From: Candidatus Heimdallarchaeum endolithica
GTDB lineage: Archaea > Asgardarchaeota > Heimdallarchaeia > Heimdallarchaeales > Heimdallarchaeaceae
Assembly: GCA_021513715.1 (NCBI GenBank)
Contig: CP084167.1
Span: 3,200,001 to 3,264,000 of the forward strand
DNA length: 64,000 nucleotides
Direction of reading: 5' to 3'
A program made the translations under genes and the position numbers. How positions within the stretch are numbered: the stretch's first letter is position 1; the number at the start of each line of letters is the position of its first letter. The notes beneath the pieces are model-generated. The model was not told the DNA's origin and did not search any database. It saw nothing but the letters and a program-made list of their open reading frames with translations. This document shows, in pieces, positions 8,279 through 18,703 of the stretch.

Positions 8279-9358
8279 ATGAGAAACAAGATTAGATTTT
8301 TCTTCAGTTTCTTGTCAATTATTATCACTACCGTTTGTATATTGACCACTTTAGAAAATACTGTGGGTAACATAATTCCAACTTCGACACAGATAATAAT
8401 AATGAATGATAGTGATTTTGATACATATGGTTTTCCCGGTTCTGGTTCATTGAAAGATCCTTATATCATTGAAGGTCTTAACATCGTAGGAGATGGTGAT
8501 ATAGGTATATATATCGCTAACACTTATTTTTCCTATTATGTCATTCGCGACTGTGTGATTCAAGGCTATGATTTCGGGATAGTGATTGACAGTAGTTATA
8601 AAACAGCAACTATTGAAAACTGTGAGATTAACGTTAACTCTGTAGGAATAACCGTTATACAAAGTACTAGTTTTTATGTAATAAATAACACTGTTCAAGC
8701 AAATTCTGTAGGTATTACTGTTGATGCTGGATATAATGCAATAGTTAATAACACAATTGTTGATACGCCTTATGGTATTACCGCTTCACTTGTAGCAAAT
8801 GAAGGATTGATTTTAAATAATACAATCATCAATGCAGAGTGGGGAATAACAACAGATATTGAAGTAAAAAATACTCAGATATGCTGGAATAGTATTATTA
8901 ACGTATACTTTGCAGGTATTGGTATTAATACAGTGGATGATGTAACTAATTTAACGATACATCATAACACAATAATTGCTGGAGAACAATTTGATTATGA
9001 AACGTTAGGAAGACAAGAAGGTGTTAATGATCAAGTATTTTGGTATGATAGCAAAACAAGCGAAGGTAACTATTGGTCAGATTGGAGTCAAGTTGGTGAG
9101 TATGATATTTTAGATATTCAAGATGAAAAAACAAATAGTGATCTATATCCCCTAACAGAAATACCGACACCGCAAAATGCATTTCCGAGTCTTCCTATAA
9201 ATCCTGAAGATAAAGTAGAACCAACTACTCCAAGCCCAACTTCAAATGATGATGGAGAAGAAGATACAAATAGTTTAACTTTTAACATTAGTGTTATCCT
9301 AGTAACTTCAGTACTAGTTACACTGATCAGGTCAAGAAAACTAAAAAAACAATATTAA
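8279..9358 (+). CDS. Secreted/membrane-anchored right-handed beta-helix (NosD-like) protein
   Basis: Signal peptide, FPGSGS..DPYIIEGLNI, repeated I.NNT motifs, GNYWSDW, Pro/Thr linker and C-terminal TM with basic tail. Confidence 0.8.
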   Translation: MRNKIRFFFSFLSIIITTVCILTTLENTVGNIIPTSTQIIIMNDSDFDTYGFPGSGSLKDPYIIEGLNIVGDGDIGIYIANTYFSYYVIRDCVIQGYDFGIVIDSSYKTATIENCEINVNSVGITVIQSTSFYVINNTVQANSVGITVDAGYNAIVNNTIVDTPYGITASLVANEGLILNNTIINAEWGITTDIEVKNTQICWNSIINVYFAGIGINTVDDVTNLTIHHNTIIAGEQFDYETLGRQEGVNDQVFWYDSKTSEGNYWSDWSQVGEYDILDIQDEKTNSDLYPLTEIPTPQNAFPSLPINPEDKVEPTTPSPTSNDDGEEDTNSLTFNISVILVTSVLVTLIRSRKLKKQY

Positions 9359-9665
9359 TATGCAAATTCCAATAATTTTTTTTCATTCATTTTTTCAGAA
9401 ATTTTGTCATATTGCTAATGTTTTTTGTGCGACAAGTATTATTCTATTAATTTCTGTTAGCAAACAGGCAATAAAACGAATAGATTAAACCAAAAATAAA
9501 AAAAAAGAAATTAAGGTAGTGAAAAAACAGCTAAATTTTAATTTTAGTCTTTGATTTCATTTCAAGATAGCTGTCATTAAGCAGAAAAAGATAGAAAAAT
9601 AAAAAATTTAGCATTGGTATTAAGAAATAGTAATTTTTGTAAAAAGAACATTTAAATATCTACAA

Positions 9666-9869
9666 ATGATTTTTTTTACTAAAATGAGTAAAATATCTGT
9701 GAAATTAAATATTTCAAAAAAAATTCTTCAACAAGTTGATATTGATTCTATAATTAAAAGAATAGAAGAAGAGATATTGTTAGAATACAACCTAAATAAA
9801 CTTCATGACTCAATGGAAGATAAAAATCTTGATACTTTATTAGACGAGGTTTAAGAAGAGTGGAGTTAA
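9666..9869 (+). pseudogene. Putative antitoxin (VapB-like), probably with a premature stop
   Basis: Small acidic ORF directly upstream of a PIN fragment; the frame continues EEWS* after the TAA at 9852-9854. Confidence 0.5.
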
Positions 9870-9928
9870 TTGATGCATTTGTTGATTCTAATGTTATATT
9901 GAAGCATTTATCTGGAGTATGCTTATGA
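9860..9928 (+). pseudogene. Truncated PIN-domain (VapC) toxin N-terminus
   Basis: GTG 9860 reads VELIDAFVDSNVILKHLSGVCL*; FVDSNV is the PIN first-strand motif; truncated at the next gene. Confidence 0.65.
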
Positions 9929-11109
9929 CTCGCCTTTTTATCACTGAGAACATTACAAGAGAATCTGAGGAAGATCTTGAGAGATTGCTGTTATCGGTTG
10001 ATAAACGAGCTGAGTTATTTAATTACTCTCCTTTTATTCTCAGGATAGTTAATGAACTACTATTAGAACAAGGTTATTCTGTAGGTTTAGGTTATAAATC
10101 TACACGAGCGATTATTGACAATTATTGGAAAGGAATACGTCTTCCTATTCAAAGTGATGTTGTTATAAGAATTATAGACCAGGTTAACATAGATTATTTT
10201 TGGGGTATTGTTGTTCTTCTAAGAGATAGAGTTGTTCACAATAAGATGTGGGATGACCTTTACTCTATAACAAAGTTAAAACCTAAAAATGATCTAATTT
10301 TCCGGGGGATTTTTTCTAATTTTGAAGAAAGTTCTCTTAATTCGATTGTGGAGCAAATAAAATCTATAGTTGATAAAAACTCTCTAAGTTATAAAATTGA
10401 AAAATATGTTATCTCCAAAAAAACTACGACTGTTGAAAATAAGGTTGTAGACCTCTATTTACCTCCAGACGCTTCTTTTTCTTGTAAGATGTGCTCTATG
10501 TGTGAGCTTCCTAGTAATTATTCAATTAATCCTATTCCAAACAAATCTACACAACATTTTCAAAGTTTATTTACTTGTCAAAGAATAGGTTTTCCTTCTA
10601 ATTTAGCATGCCTTTCTCTTTATGAAGCAATTGAAATCTCTACAAAAAGACAAGAAAGGTTAGAAAAGTTCTGTAAACCTGTTATATTTTCAAAAAATAA
10701 AGAAGGGGTTATAGTAGATTATCAATTAGCTCTTAATCAGAATAACGGATTATGTGTCTTTTTTGACAAAGACAAAGGGTTATGTAAAATTCATGAGTAC
10801 AAACCTTTGAATTGCTTTAGTTATCCTTTTCTTATAACTAAGATCAACGATACGCAAATTTCAATTGAGCTGGATTTTTCTTGCCCTGGATTGTTTAAAG
10901 GAAAAACTGATAATTTATCCTCTTTTTTGGAAAATATTTATTTTCGACTACTTCAAGGAGATAACTCTATGATTGAGTTTAATAATGTTTATTCACTAAA
11001 ATGGGATCTATCCTCTTATTTTGACGATTACGAAAGAGTGAAAAAAGAAGATATTGAAGAGACTTTAGATTATTTATATCAAAAATACAGCCAATTTGTT
11101 GAGAAATAA
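9919..11109 (+). CDS. YkgJ-family cysteine-cluster (Fe-S/Zn) protein
   Basis: FSCKMCSMC ... CVFFD..KGLCKIHEYKPLNCFSYPF ... CPGL motifs. Confidence 0.8.
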   Translation: MLMTRLFITENITRESEEDLERLLLSVDKRAELFNYSPFILRIVNELLLEQGYSVGLGYKSTRAIIDNYWKGIRLPIQSDVVIRIIDQVNIDYFWGIVVLLRDRVVHNKMWDDLYSITKLKPKNDLIFRGIFSNFEESSLNSIVEQIKSIVDKNSLSYKIEKYVISKKTTTVENKVVDLYLPPDASFSCKMCSMCELPSNYSINPIPNKSTQHFQSLFTCQRIGFPSNLACLSLYEAIEISTKRQERLEKFCKPVIFSKNKEGVIVDYQLALNQNNGLCVFFDKDKGLCKIHEYKPLNCFSYPFLITKINDTQISIELDFSCPGLFKGKTDNLSSFLENIYFRLLQGDNSMIEFNNVYSLKWDLSSYFDDYERVKKEDIEETLDYLYQKYSQFVEK

Positions 11110-11131
11110 TAAAAGAAAAAAATTCTTTTAC
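10793..11131 (+). repeat. ~339-bp direct repeat, copy 1 (3' end of the YkgJ gene)
   Basis: Near-identical to 18365-18703 (ATGAGTACAAA...GAGAAATAATAAAAGAAAAA). Confidence 0.93.
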
Positions 11132-11161
11132 TTTTTTTTGTTAATTTCATTAGTTGTCACT

Positions 11162-11800
11162 GGTAGGGTCTATTTTTCATACTACCTCATAGGTAAAAAG
11201 AAACTGAGGGGAAGATGTTTCAAGCTCTGATGTGAGCGGAGGAAGTTATACTGAAGAGAAAAAAGAGTAAGGAAGCATGACAGATGCTCAGAGTCATAAA
11301 CTGCTCTGATTGAGCATTTAAAGCAAAGAATTGAATTAAGTCAACGTTAAGTCTTGAGAGTGAAAATAAAACGTTCAATGTAGGAATGGACATTATCACG
11401 AACAACCAGCCACTTGACACCCAAGTGACGTAAAAAAACATACTATTTTCCCCAATCAGTGATACTTGTGTATGGTTTGGTTCCCAAACATTTGAAACAG
11501 TAACGAAAAGTTAGGAAACATTCAATATCAATACAATCCTTAATTATATTAAAATCTAACAAGGTTTTATTACAAGGGTCTAAAGCGAACCATAAGTATA
11601 CCGAATCTTATGTAGTCCTGATCTCTATGTCATCTATGACCCTTGTCTCTGATAACCCTTTTTTAGATACTTTATTATCTAACTTGCGCTAAAAAAATAA
11701 ACTTCTTTGCTCAATATCATAACTCTTGATGTGTTATTCCACTTTTCCACGTAATGGTCCTTAACCCATTCTTTGAACCTATATTCATAAATCGCTTTTA
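11162..11800 (-). mobile_element. Degenerate IS6-like DDE transposase element
   Basis: Minus-strand translation with stops: VIDDIEI..*DSVYLWFALDP..KPYTSITDWGK*Y..LRHLG..IERF..TLK..YNFLRSHQSL; candidate terminal IR GGTAGGGTC at 11162. Confidence 0.75.
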
Positions 11801-12022
11801 TTATTATTTTTTTGGGGATTCTGCTTCGAATAAATAATTTTGTAAATTTAATACTATGATATTAACAACGAAAATGGATTGAATGAAAATTACAAAAATC
11901 TGTTTTTTTCCTATTTAAATTAAATAAATGTAATAAACGTTTTGGAAATTAAACTTAAATAAATTGTAAAAAAGCATAATGAATACTAAAGTAAAAAATT
12001 AAAAAAGGACAGTATCAATCTT

Positions 12023-12634
12023 TTAATCCTGGTTATTCTTAAAAAAAGTACTTATTGTTCCACTTATTCCAGAACTTCCTCCAAAAATAATTATTCCCAA
12101 CTTTATGTCTATTTTGTCAAGTTGCCCCATTAAAAATTTAATAAACGTTAGAATAATCGATAACAATATTGTGCTGATTGAAAGAACTAGTTTAATTTTA
12201 CTTAGAGTATCCTTATCAAAACGTAGTAACAGTTCAAAAATAAAAAGAAGACTTCCTCCTGTTATTCCAAGAATTAAACCTATTATTAAAGATGAAACCA
12301 TCTTAAATCTATCAAACCAAAGAAAAATTATTGTGTTACCTTGTATGAGTAATTTTACTTCATTCGGTTTTTTCCACAAAAATTGTATGAGTAAAGCTGT
12401 GAAACATACATACAATATAATCCCAACAAATATTCCTATTTTTATTCCAACATCTATATCATAAAAAGCGTCTTTTTTTTCAGAAAATAGTAAATAAGTT
12501 AATAGGAAAATAATTATGGTGATTAAAAAAATATTGAGGAAATATCCCCATAATATAGTTTTGGTACATAACAACATCGTTGTTCCAGCATTTACTATGA
12601 CAAAAAAAAAGAAGAAGATTATTGCAAAAGCCAT
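12023..12634 (-). CDS. Multi-pass membrane protein
   Basis: About 6 hydrophobic segments; abuts the upstream large surface-protein gene. Confidence 0.65.
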   Translation of the reverse strand: MAFAIIFFFFFVIVNAGTTMLLCTKTILWGYFLNIFLITIIIFLLTYLLFSEKKDAFYDIDVGIKIGIFVGIILYVCFTALLIQFLWKKPNEVKLLIQGNTIIFLWFDRFKMVSSLIIGLILGITGGSLLFIFELLLRFDKDTLSKIKLVLSISTILLSIILTFIKFLMGQLDKIDIKLGIIIFGGSSGISGTISTFFKNNQD

Positions 12635-15600
12635 TTATATTCTCCTTTTCTTCTTAAAGAACACAGCTAGTAATGGGATGCATAAGAAGGTAATATACTG
12701 AGATGATACAATAAAAGTAGAATTTTCTCTTATATCGGTTGAATTGGAGCTTATAATGAATGAAGATATAGATGTTGTTTCTTCATTATTTGATGAATCA
12801 GTAGCTTTTATATAGAAATCAATTTTAGCATTTGCTTCAAAAGGTCCGATAGAAGCACTATATACGCTACCATTGGAAACCATATATTCTTGAACCCAAG
12901 AGCTACCATTTATTCTATAGAAAAGGGTCACAGAAACAACTTCTACATTATCTGTAACATTTGCACTAATTACTATCGCATCGTTTTCAGTAGGTGCAGA
13001 AGGAGTATGAGTTACAGAAGTAATAGAAGGAGCTATTTTATCTAATGTAGTAACGGAGAAGCTGTAATATGCTTTATCATTATCATTTGTTGCTTTGTTA
13101 TGATTAGACGAATTATCAACAGCCACAATATAATACTTAATTATGTCATTAGCATCAAATGGGCCAATTGTTGCTTCATAAGTAGAATCAGAGACAAGGG
13201 TCATATTCTCTTCTGACCAATTACCAGAGTTTACCAGATAGTGCAAAGTCACAACTTGTATTCCAGATTCATCTGTAATATCTGCACTAATTACTACCGC
13301 ATCGTTTTCAGTAGGTGCAGAAGGAGTATGAGTTACAGAAGTAATAAAAGGAGTTTTGGTGTCAAGATCTTGCGTTTTTTGTATGTCATCAACGACATTT
13401 TCCATAGTATCAAAACTATTAGTGTTATCAGCATACAAGATAAAACTAGCAGTATTACTAGTACCAATTGCTATAGTTGAACCATTGTGAATATAGGAGA
13501 ATAACTCTCTATCAAAAGCCCATTCTCCATTTTTGATAAACATCCCCATGTTTTGTATTTGAGTAAGATCTTTTGGTATCAGACCTTCGATCCATGATTG
13601 ATTTGATGAACGAAAAGCAGCGTAAAGTGGTTTTTCAAATGGTGCATAAAGCTTATTTGACGTATCTAAGGAAGATATATCTCCTTCTGGATTTATACCT
13701 AGCTTATAATAATCAAACCAAGCCATTTCTCCAGGATCGGATGTGCTCCAAATACTGTTAATTTGAGCGAAATTATATGAAATGGAACCAATAGTCGTTA
13801 AACCATAGGTTTCATAATTTATATCGACATAAACATTTTGATCATCAGGTTTAATAGTATAAGTGATAGTAACTTGAAAGTTGTATTCAGTCCAATCGCA
13901 GACAATATTAACTACTGCATTGTCACCATCCATATATGTTGTAATAGATGCAGGATAACTATCTCCTAGTGCTCGTTGATTTTTCACCCATGTCCAATCT
14001 GCATCTCTAACAACAACTTGCCAACCACTTTGTATTCCTGTTAAATCTCCTCTTATTCTGTTCATATCATCTGTGGGATCATTATTTCCATTATCATCAA
14101 CTCTCCAGTCTGTTATCACTCCTTTTGGATTATCACTGTAACCATAAGCAACTGTTGTATCCCATGCAATGTACACTTTACTGTTTTTAATATAATTCTC
14201 CCCGACCTCAACATCAGTTGGGTAAATGTCGTCAGGAACAAGTTCTATTAGTGCGAAAGTGTTTTGATAATGATTATGCAGATATGGAAAGAAAAATGTT
14301 TCAACAGCATTTTCTGATAAAAAGAATTGGATCCTGTAGTGTTGTATAGATGAACTTTTAGCAAACTCTATCTTTGGAATTTTCCATTCATATGTTAATC
14401 CATTAGTTGAATCCACAACTGATTTTCCTAGATTCTCTATAGTAATTGAAGTTTCTTGTGAAAAGTTAAATCTAGTTTCACCGTTATAACCACTCCATCC
14501 ACTAGGTGCGTTTTTTTGAGTTTTAAAATCGCAATAAGGTGAGTTTAAAGAACTGTAAAGCATATTATCTATGTCTCCATCAATAACTACAGCTGCTTTA
14601 GAGTCCCAACCATCTGCTAATTTAGAATCTATACCAACATAGAGGTAATCATTATCATAACCCAAATAAAAGGTCATATATCTTATACCTCCATCTTCAG
14701 AATAGACGGGAGAAGTGAATATTGTATTATATTCATAGTCATTTAAGCTACCATCGATATTTGGAGTAGAGGGAGTTTTGTAAACCTTTATTTTATTGAC
14801 CAAGTAAAGAGGATTATTGTATATATTTCCTCCTAATGAACTAATCTCAGCATGACCATCGAAAGCTCCTTCAAAACAATATAAGTTACCATTTCGAGAT
14901 GAAACAAGGACCTCTAATTTATTATCACCATCTATATCCTCAATCACAGGAACGGTTATCACTTCACCAATGTTATAGCTCCATTCTTGAACTCCAGTTG
15001 ATAAATCAACTACTCTTAATAAATAATCTGGATTAGTACAATAAAGCGCTTCTAGTTCTCCATCGTTATCTATATCACCTATAACTGGTTCACGGGATTC
15101 ACCACTTGAAAGATGCCATAATTCACCATTTTCCGATATCGCGTGCATACCATCTGTTGCAGCTACCAATAAATCAAGATGACCATCATCATCAATATCA
15201 TATGGAAGAAGAGCTCTTACACCACTACCAATGTCATGGGAGAAAAGAACAGTTTCATTATAAGCTATAACTTTTACTAAATTATCATCTGGAGAAGCAA
15301 CACCTATAGCTAATTCTCCAGGAGAGAAAAAATCAGCCACAATAATAGAATCAACATAAATACCAGCATCAATTGTTTTTTCTAGTACACCAGCTTTATC
15401 ATAAATATTGATATTATTTCCAGAACCCACAATAATTTCTAAATTAAAATCATTGTCAATATCTGCAACAACAATATGAGAAGCCTCATCATTAATACCT
15501 GTTTTTTGGAATCTAAGAGAACCATCAGAATTTAGGACATAAAAGTTACCAGTGTAAGATATTGTTAAGATTTCTAAGGCAGGAGATTCGAGGTGATCAT

Positions 15601-16105
15601 CAATGTCAGCTATTACAATTGGTCTACTCGCGTCATTAGCTAATTGATATGTCCATTCAGGTGTAGTAGAGTCAGTAGTAAAACAACGGATATAATCATC
15701 ATCAGATCCAACAATAAACTCTATATTGCCATCAAGATCAATATCACCAATAGCTGGTTGTGTATGTGCTAACCATGTTGCGGAGGTTGTCCATTCTATA
15801 TTGCCATCTGAATCTAATACGTAGAAATTGTGATCTCCTGAACCAATTACTATCTCCTTAGTACCATCTTGATCGATATCGAAAACATTTGGAGAACTAT
15901 GAAAGAAACCAGCTGAAAAAGTCCATTGGATATTAAGGCTTGCAATATCTTGTTTAACAAAAGGATTAAGATCAATGTCTGTGTTTTGAGTTGAAATTTC
16001 ATGTTGTATTGAATCATGTTCTTCAAAATTATGAATAATAGTCGGATTGCTTATAATAAAAATAACAAGCAATATGTTTATATATACAATTAAGTTTCTC
16101 ACCAT
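12635..16105 (-). CDS. Large secreted surface protein: FG-GAP/PQQ-like beta-propeller, CBM9/DOMON-like domain, two tandem Ig-like domains, C-terminal anchor
   Basis: Signal peptide; repeated DIDxDG Ca-binding motifs; PNIDGSL..E; duplicated ITSVTHTPSAPTENDA domain; C-terminal TM + KKKRR. Confidence 0.8.
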   Translation of the reverse strand: MVRNLIVYINILLVIFIISNPTIIHNFEEHDSIQHEISTQNTDIDLNPFVKQDIASLNIQWTFSAGFFHSSPNVFDIDQDGTKEIVIGSGDHNFYVLDSDGNIEWTTSATWLAHTQPAIGDIDLDGNIEFIVGSDDDYIRCFTTDSTTPEWTYQLANDASRPIVIADIDDHLESPALEILTISYTGNFYVLNSDGSLRFQKTGINDEASHIVVADIDNDFNLEIIVGSGNNINIYDKAGVLEKTIDAGIYVDSIIVADFFSPGELAIGVASPDDNLVKVIAYNETVLFSHDIGSGVRALLPYDIDDDGHLDLLVAATDGMHAISENGELWHLSSGESREPVIGDIDNDGELEALYCTNPDYLLRVVDLSTGVQEWSYNIGEVITVPVIEDIDGDNKLEVLVSSRNGNLYCFEGAFDGHAEISSLGGNIYNNPLYLVNKIKVYKTPSTPNIDGSLNDYEYNTIFTSPVYSEDGGIRYMTFYLGYDNDYLYVGIDSKLADGWDSKAAVVIDGDIDNMLYSSLNSPYCDFKTQKNAPSGWSGYNGETRFNFSQETSITIENLGKSVVDSTNGLTYEWKIPKIEFAKSSSIQHYRIQFFLSENAVETFFFPYLHNHYQNTFALIELVPDDIYPTDVEVGENYIKNSKVYIAWDTTVAYGYSDNPKGVITDWRVDDNGNNDPTDDMNRIRGDLTGIQSGWQVVVRDADWTWVKNQRALGDSYPASITTYMDGDNAVVNIVCDWTEYNFQVTITYTIKPDDQNVYVDINYETYGLTTIGSISYNFAQINSIWSTSDPGEMAWFDYYKLGINPEGDISSLDTSNKLYAPFEKPLYAAFRSSNQSWIEGLIPKDLTQIQNMGMFIKNGEWAFDRELFSYIHNGSTIAIGTSNTASFILYADNTNSFDTMENVVDDIQKTQDLDTKTPFITSVTHTPSAPTENDAVVISADITDESGIQVVTLHYLVNSGNWSEENMTLVSDSTYEATIGPFDANDIIKYYIVAVDNSSNHNKATNDNDKAYYSFSVTTLDKIAPSITSVTHTPSAPTENDAIVISANVTDNVEVVSVTLFYRINGSSWVQEYMVSNGSVYSASIGPFEANAKIDFYIKATDSSNNEETTSISSFIISSNSTDIRENSTFIVSSQYITFLCIPLLAVFFKKKRRI

Positions 16106-16741
16106 ATCACCTTTGTCTTTATTAATTAATAGAAATTTTTCAATTACATAGAGTTTTAAAAATATTTAAGTTAATTGGTAATTGCAAGGTTACAATTTTG
16201 CTGAATGAGTCCTAACAATCAGGATATGCATAGCAATTATAGTTTAGATATTAATTATATTTTTTAAAAAGGCTAATTTTAAAAGAAAATTTTTATATCA
16301 AAATAGATATAGATTATAATTAAAAATTCAAGAAGTGAGAAACTGAATAGAAAAAGACAAATAACAATATTGGTCATTATAATAGTAATGACTAATAGTA
16401 TTGACTTGTTAAACAATGGATTAATAACTATACAGCAAAAAGATTTAAACGAAGAGGATATAAAAACAAAGTTTTCATCTTCAACACTGACAGCACATGA
16501 TCCAATTGCTAACACTTCTGATAGCGATTTTAGTATCTTTCCTAGAACAGGAACACCAGATGATCCCTACATCATTGAAGGTTTCAATATTACCACTATC
16601 AGTGATTATGGCATCAATATTCGTTATATCGCTAAATACTTCATCATTCATAATTGCTATGTTGACGTAGCATATACTTGAATATTCATTTAAAATGTAG
16701 CAGACGGGACAGTTATTATCACTATCAATATATGCATCAAC

Positions 16742-16950
16742 TTGATTTTTATACAAAATTTTTGTACGCCAATCTTACTCTCGAGAAAGATCTATCCGGG
16801 AGGGAGGAAGAACTTACCACTCATTGAGCCAGAAGAGGAGGTTGAGCGCTCCTCGACCACGGAAACCAGAAAATTATTTTTCTTCTCACGTGGGAAAGGA
16901 TAAAAAGAAGACCAGGAACTAAAGAAAGGCAAAGCAAGGAAAGAGAAACC
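16742..16950 (-). ncRNA. Putative TnpB omega RNA scaffold overlapping the tnpB 3' end
   Basis: Expected position for omega RNA; GAGGAG/CTCCTC hairpin at ~16835-16854; non-conserved C-terminal protein tail. Confidence 0.55.
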
Positions 16951-18129
16951 TTTCAAGCCTATATTACGAGAAGCGTTACGGTCACTGTTGAGCTCTATAC
17001 CACAAGCAACACAACGATAAAGTCCTCGACTAACACGTGAAGACTTGGAAGTATGTCCACATCGAGAACAAGTTTGACTGGTGTAATGAGGGTCAACTTT
17101 TACAACTGGGATATGGTGTTGATAGGCGAGAGAGGTCAAAAACGAGAGGAAAAAGCCATAAGGCCAATTATTCAACTCTCGAAGAAGATTTTTGCTTTGC
17201 TTCCCTCTTCTTTTAGTTTTTTCTTTCTTCCATTTGCTTCTTATTCCTTCTATGTTTTCTATAACTATGGCAGAACGGGTAGTTACTGCCCAATCTACTA
17301 TCTCGTGAGCTATTTGCTCACAGCGGGTTTTATTATACTTTCTTTCTTTCATTCTTAATTTTTTTAGTGCACGCCGTGCCTTTTTACTTCCTTTATCTCT
17401 GTAGGATTGTAGTTTTCTTCTTCTTTTTGCTAACTGATGTTGTTTCCAAGCTATGTCTTTTCCCATATACCTCTCTAATAAAGGGAAAGAGGGGTGGTTA
17501 AGTGTTACTGCAGCAAAAACTTTTCTTCCCACGTCTACTCCTATTGTTCCCTCTACTTCTTGAGGAGGAGGAAGTTCTTTTCTAATATTCAGGTGTGCTA
17601 CCCACCCATAGTTGACCTTACTGCTTCTTTTTCGGTCTTTTGCTTTCCTTTTTCTTTTCCTTTTTTGTTGGAAAATTCTACAACTATGTGCTTCCCACCC
17701 CTTGATTGTATACTCCTTTAGTCTTCTCCACCCTCCATCTCGGCAAATAGGAAAAGCTATCCTTTTTTTCAATGGGGAAACAACTAAAACAGGGTTGTCT
17801 TTTCTTGTTTTTGCTATCTTTCCACTTCGGGGAAAGTTGAACTCCAAAGGTAAGGTTCTGAACTTTTTTACCTTTTTTGCCCCATATACCTTTCTTTGCA
17901 CATTCTCTTGTAACTGACTGTGCAGACCTAGATATCTGAACCTTTTGTATACTAAATGGTGGAACTCCATTCCTGTTTTTACATGTTTTTTGTAGGGTAT
18001 TAGTATGTTTGCTAGTTCTCTTACTTTTTTTTGCGCATCCTTTAGATACTTTTCTTTTTTCTTACTTGGGAGTAAAGTTATCCTTATTGTTTTCTCCATC
18101 CATTCTTTACTCCCTTTCTTCTTCATCAT
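16792..18129 (-). CDS. tnpB: RNA-guided endonuclease TnpB
   Basis: RuvC-I GVDVG, RuvC-II IVIENI, Zn finger CSRCG..CVACG and RuvC-III NSDRNASRNI all intact. Confidence 0.95.
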   Translation of the reverse strand: MMKKKGSKEWMEKTIRITLLPSKKKEKYLKDAQKKVRELANILIPYKKHVKTGMEFHHLVYKRFRYLGLHSQLQENVQRKVYGAKKVKKFRTLPLEFNFPRSGKIAKTRKDNPVLVVSPLKKRIAFPICRDGGWRRLKEYTIKGWEAHSCRIFQQKRKRKRKAKDRKRSSKVNYGWVAHLNIRKELPPPQEVEGTIGVDVGRKVFAAVTLNHPSFPLLERYMGKDIAWKQHQLAKRRRKLQSYRDKGSKKARRALKKLRMKERKYNKTRCEQIAHEIVDWAVTTRSAIVIENIEGIRSKWKKEKTKRRGKQSKNLLRELNNWPYGFFLSFLTSLAYQHHIPVVKVDPHYTSQTCSRCGHTSKSSRVSRGLYRCVACGIELNSDRNASRNIGLKGFSFLALPFFSSWSSFYPFPREKKNNFLVSVVEERSTSSSGSMSGKFFLPPG

Positions 18130-18364
18130 TTATTTTATCTTTTTTTCCTATTTAAACCTAAATTTTTTTCCTCCCCTCTTTTTTCTTCCTACATTTTTAT
18201 TCTTGTACAAAAAAGTTATTCATGAATAATAACTGGGATTATACATATCTCTTCTGAAAATGTTACAGTCACCAACAATACATGCAGTAATAATGATCGC
18301 GGCATTGAACTCTATAGATCTTATTTTGCTACAATTACAAACAATATGTGTAGTAATAGTAACT

Positions 18365-18703
18365 ATGAGTACAAAACTTTGAATTGCTTCAGTTATCCTT
18401 TTTTTATCACTAAGATCACTGACTCGTAAATTTCAATTGAGCTCGATTTTTCTTGTTCTGGATTGTTTAAAGGAAAAACTGACAATTTGTCTTCCTTTTT
18501 GGAAGAGATTTATTTTCAACTACTTTAAGAGGATAACTCTATGATTGAGTTTAATAATGTCTATTCACTAAAATGGGATCTATCCTCTTATTTTAGTGAT
18601 TACGAAAGAGTGAAAGAAGAAGATATTAAGGAGACTTTAGGTTATTTATATCAAAAATACAGCCAATTTATTGAGAAATAATAAAAGAAAAAAAATTCTT
18701 TAC
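18365..18703 (+). repeat. ~339-bp direct repeat, copy 2 (pseudogenised YkgJ 3' end)
   Basis: Matches 10793-11131 but carries in-frame stops (TCG TAA; CTT TAA). Confidence 0.93.

Larger units (their letters stand above)
16742..18222 (-). mobile_element. IS200/IS605-superfamily TnpB-only (IS1341-like) element; boundaries approximate
   Basis: No tnpA; minus-strand right end in TCAA at 16745-16742; subterminal palindrome TACAAAATTTTTGTA at 16752-16766; splits a host gene. Confidence 0.75.
16370..18364 (+). pseudogene. NosD-like beta-helix surface-protein pseudogene interrupted by a TnpB element
   Basis: FPRTGTPDDPYIIEGFNI (paralogous to 8279-9358) with stops; beta-helix repeats (VTNNTCSNNDRGIELY..ITNNMCSN) resume after ~18225. 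Confidence 0.75.

Noticed and set aside
11220-11441. 73-aa ORF as a real gene
   Set aside because: Alternate frame of the IS6 transposase pseudogene.
11572-11646. ACAAGGGTC/GACCCTTGT inverted repeat as a MITE or ncRNA
   Set aside because: Falls inside the decayed IS6 transposase coding sequence; likely coincidental.
12001-12016. Second terminal IR of the IS6 relic
   Set aside because: Only 11/16 match to the 11162 end and no target duplication.
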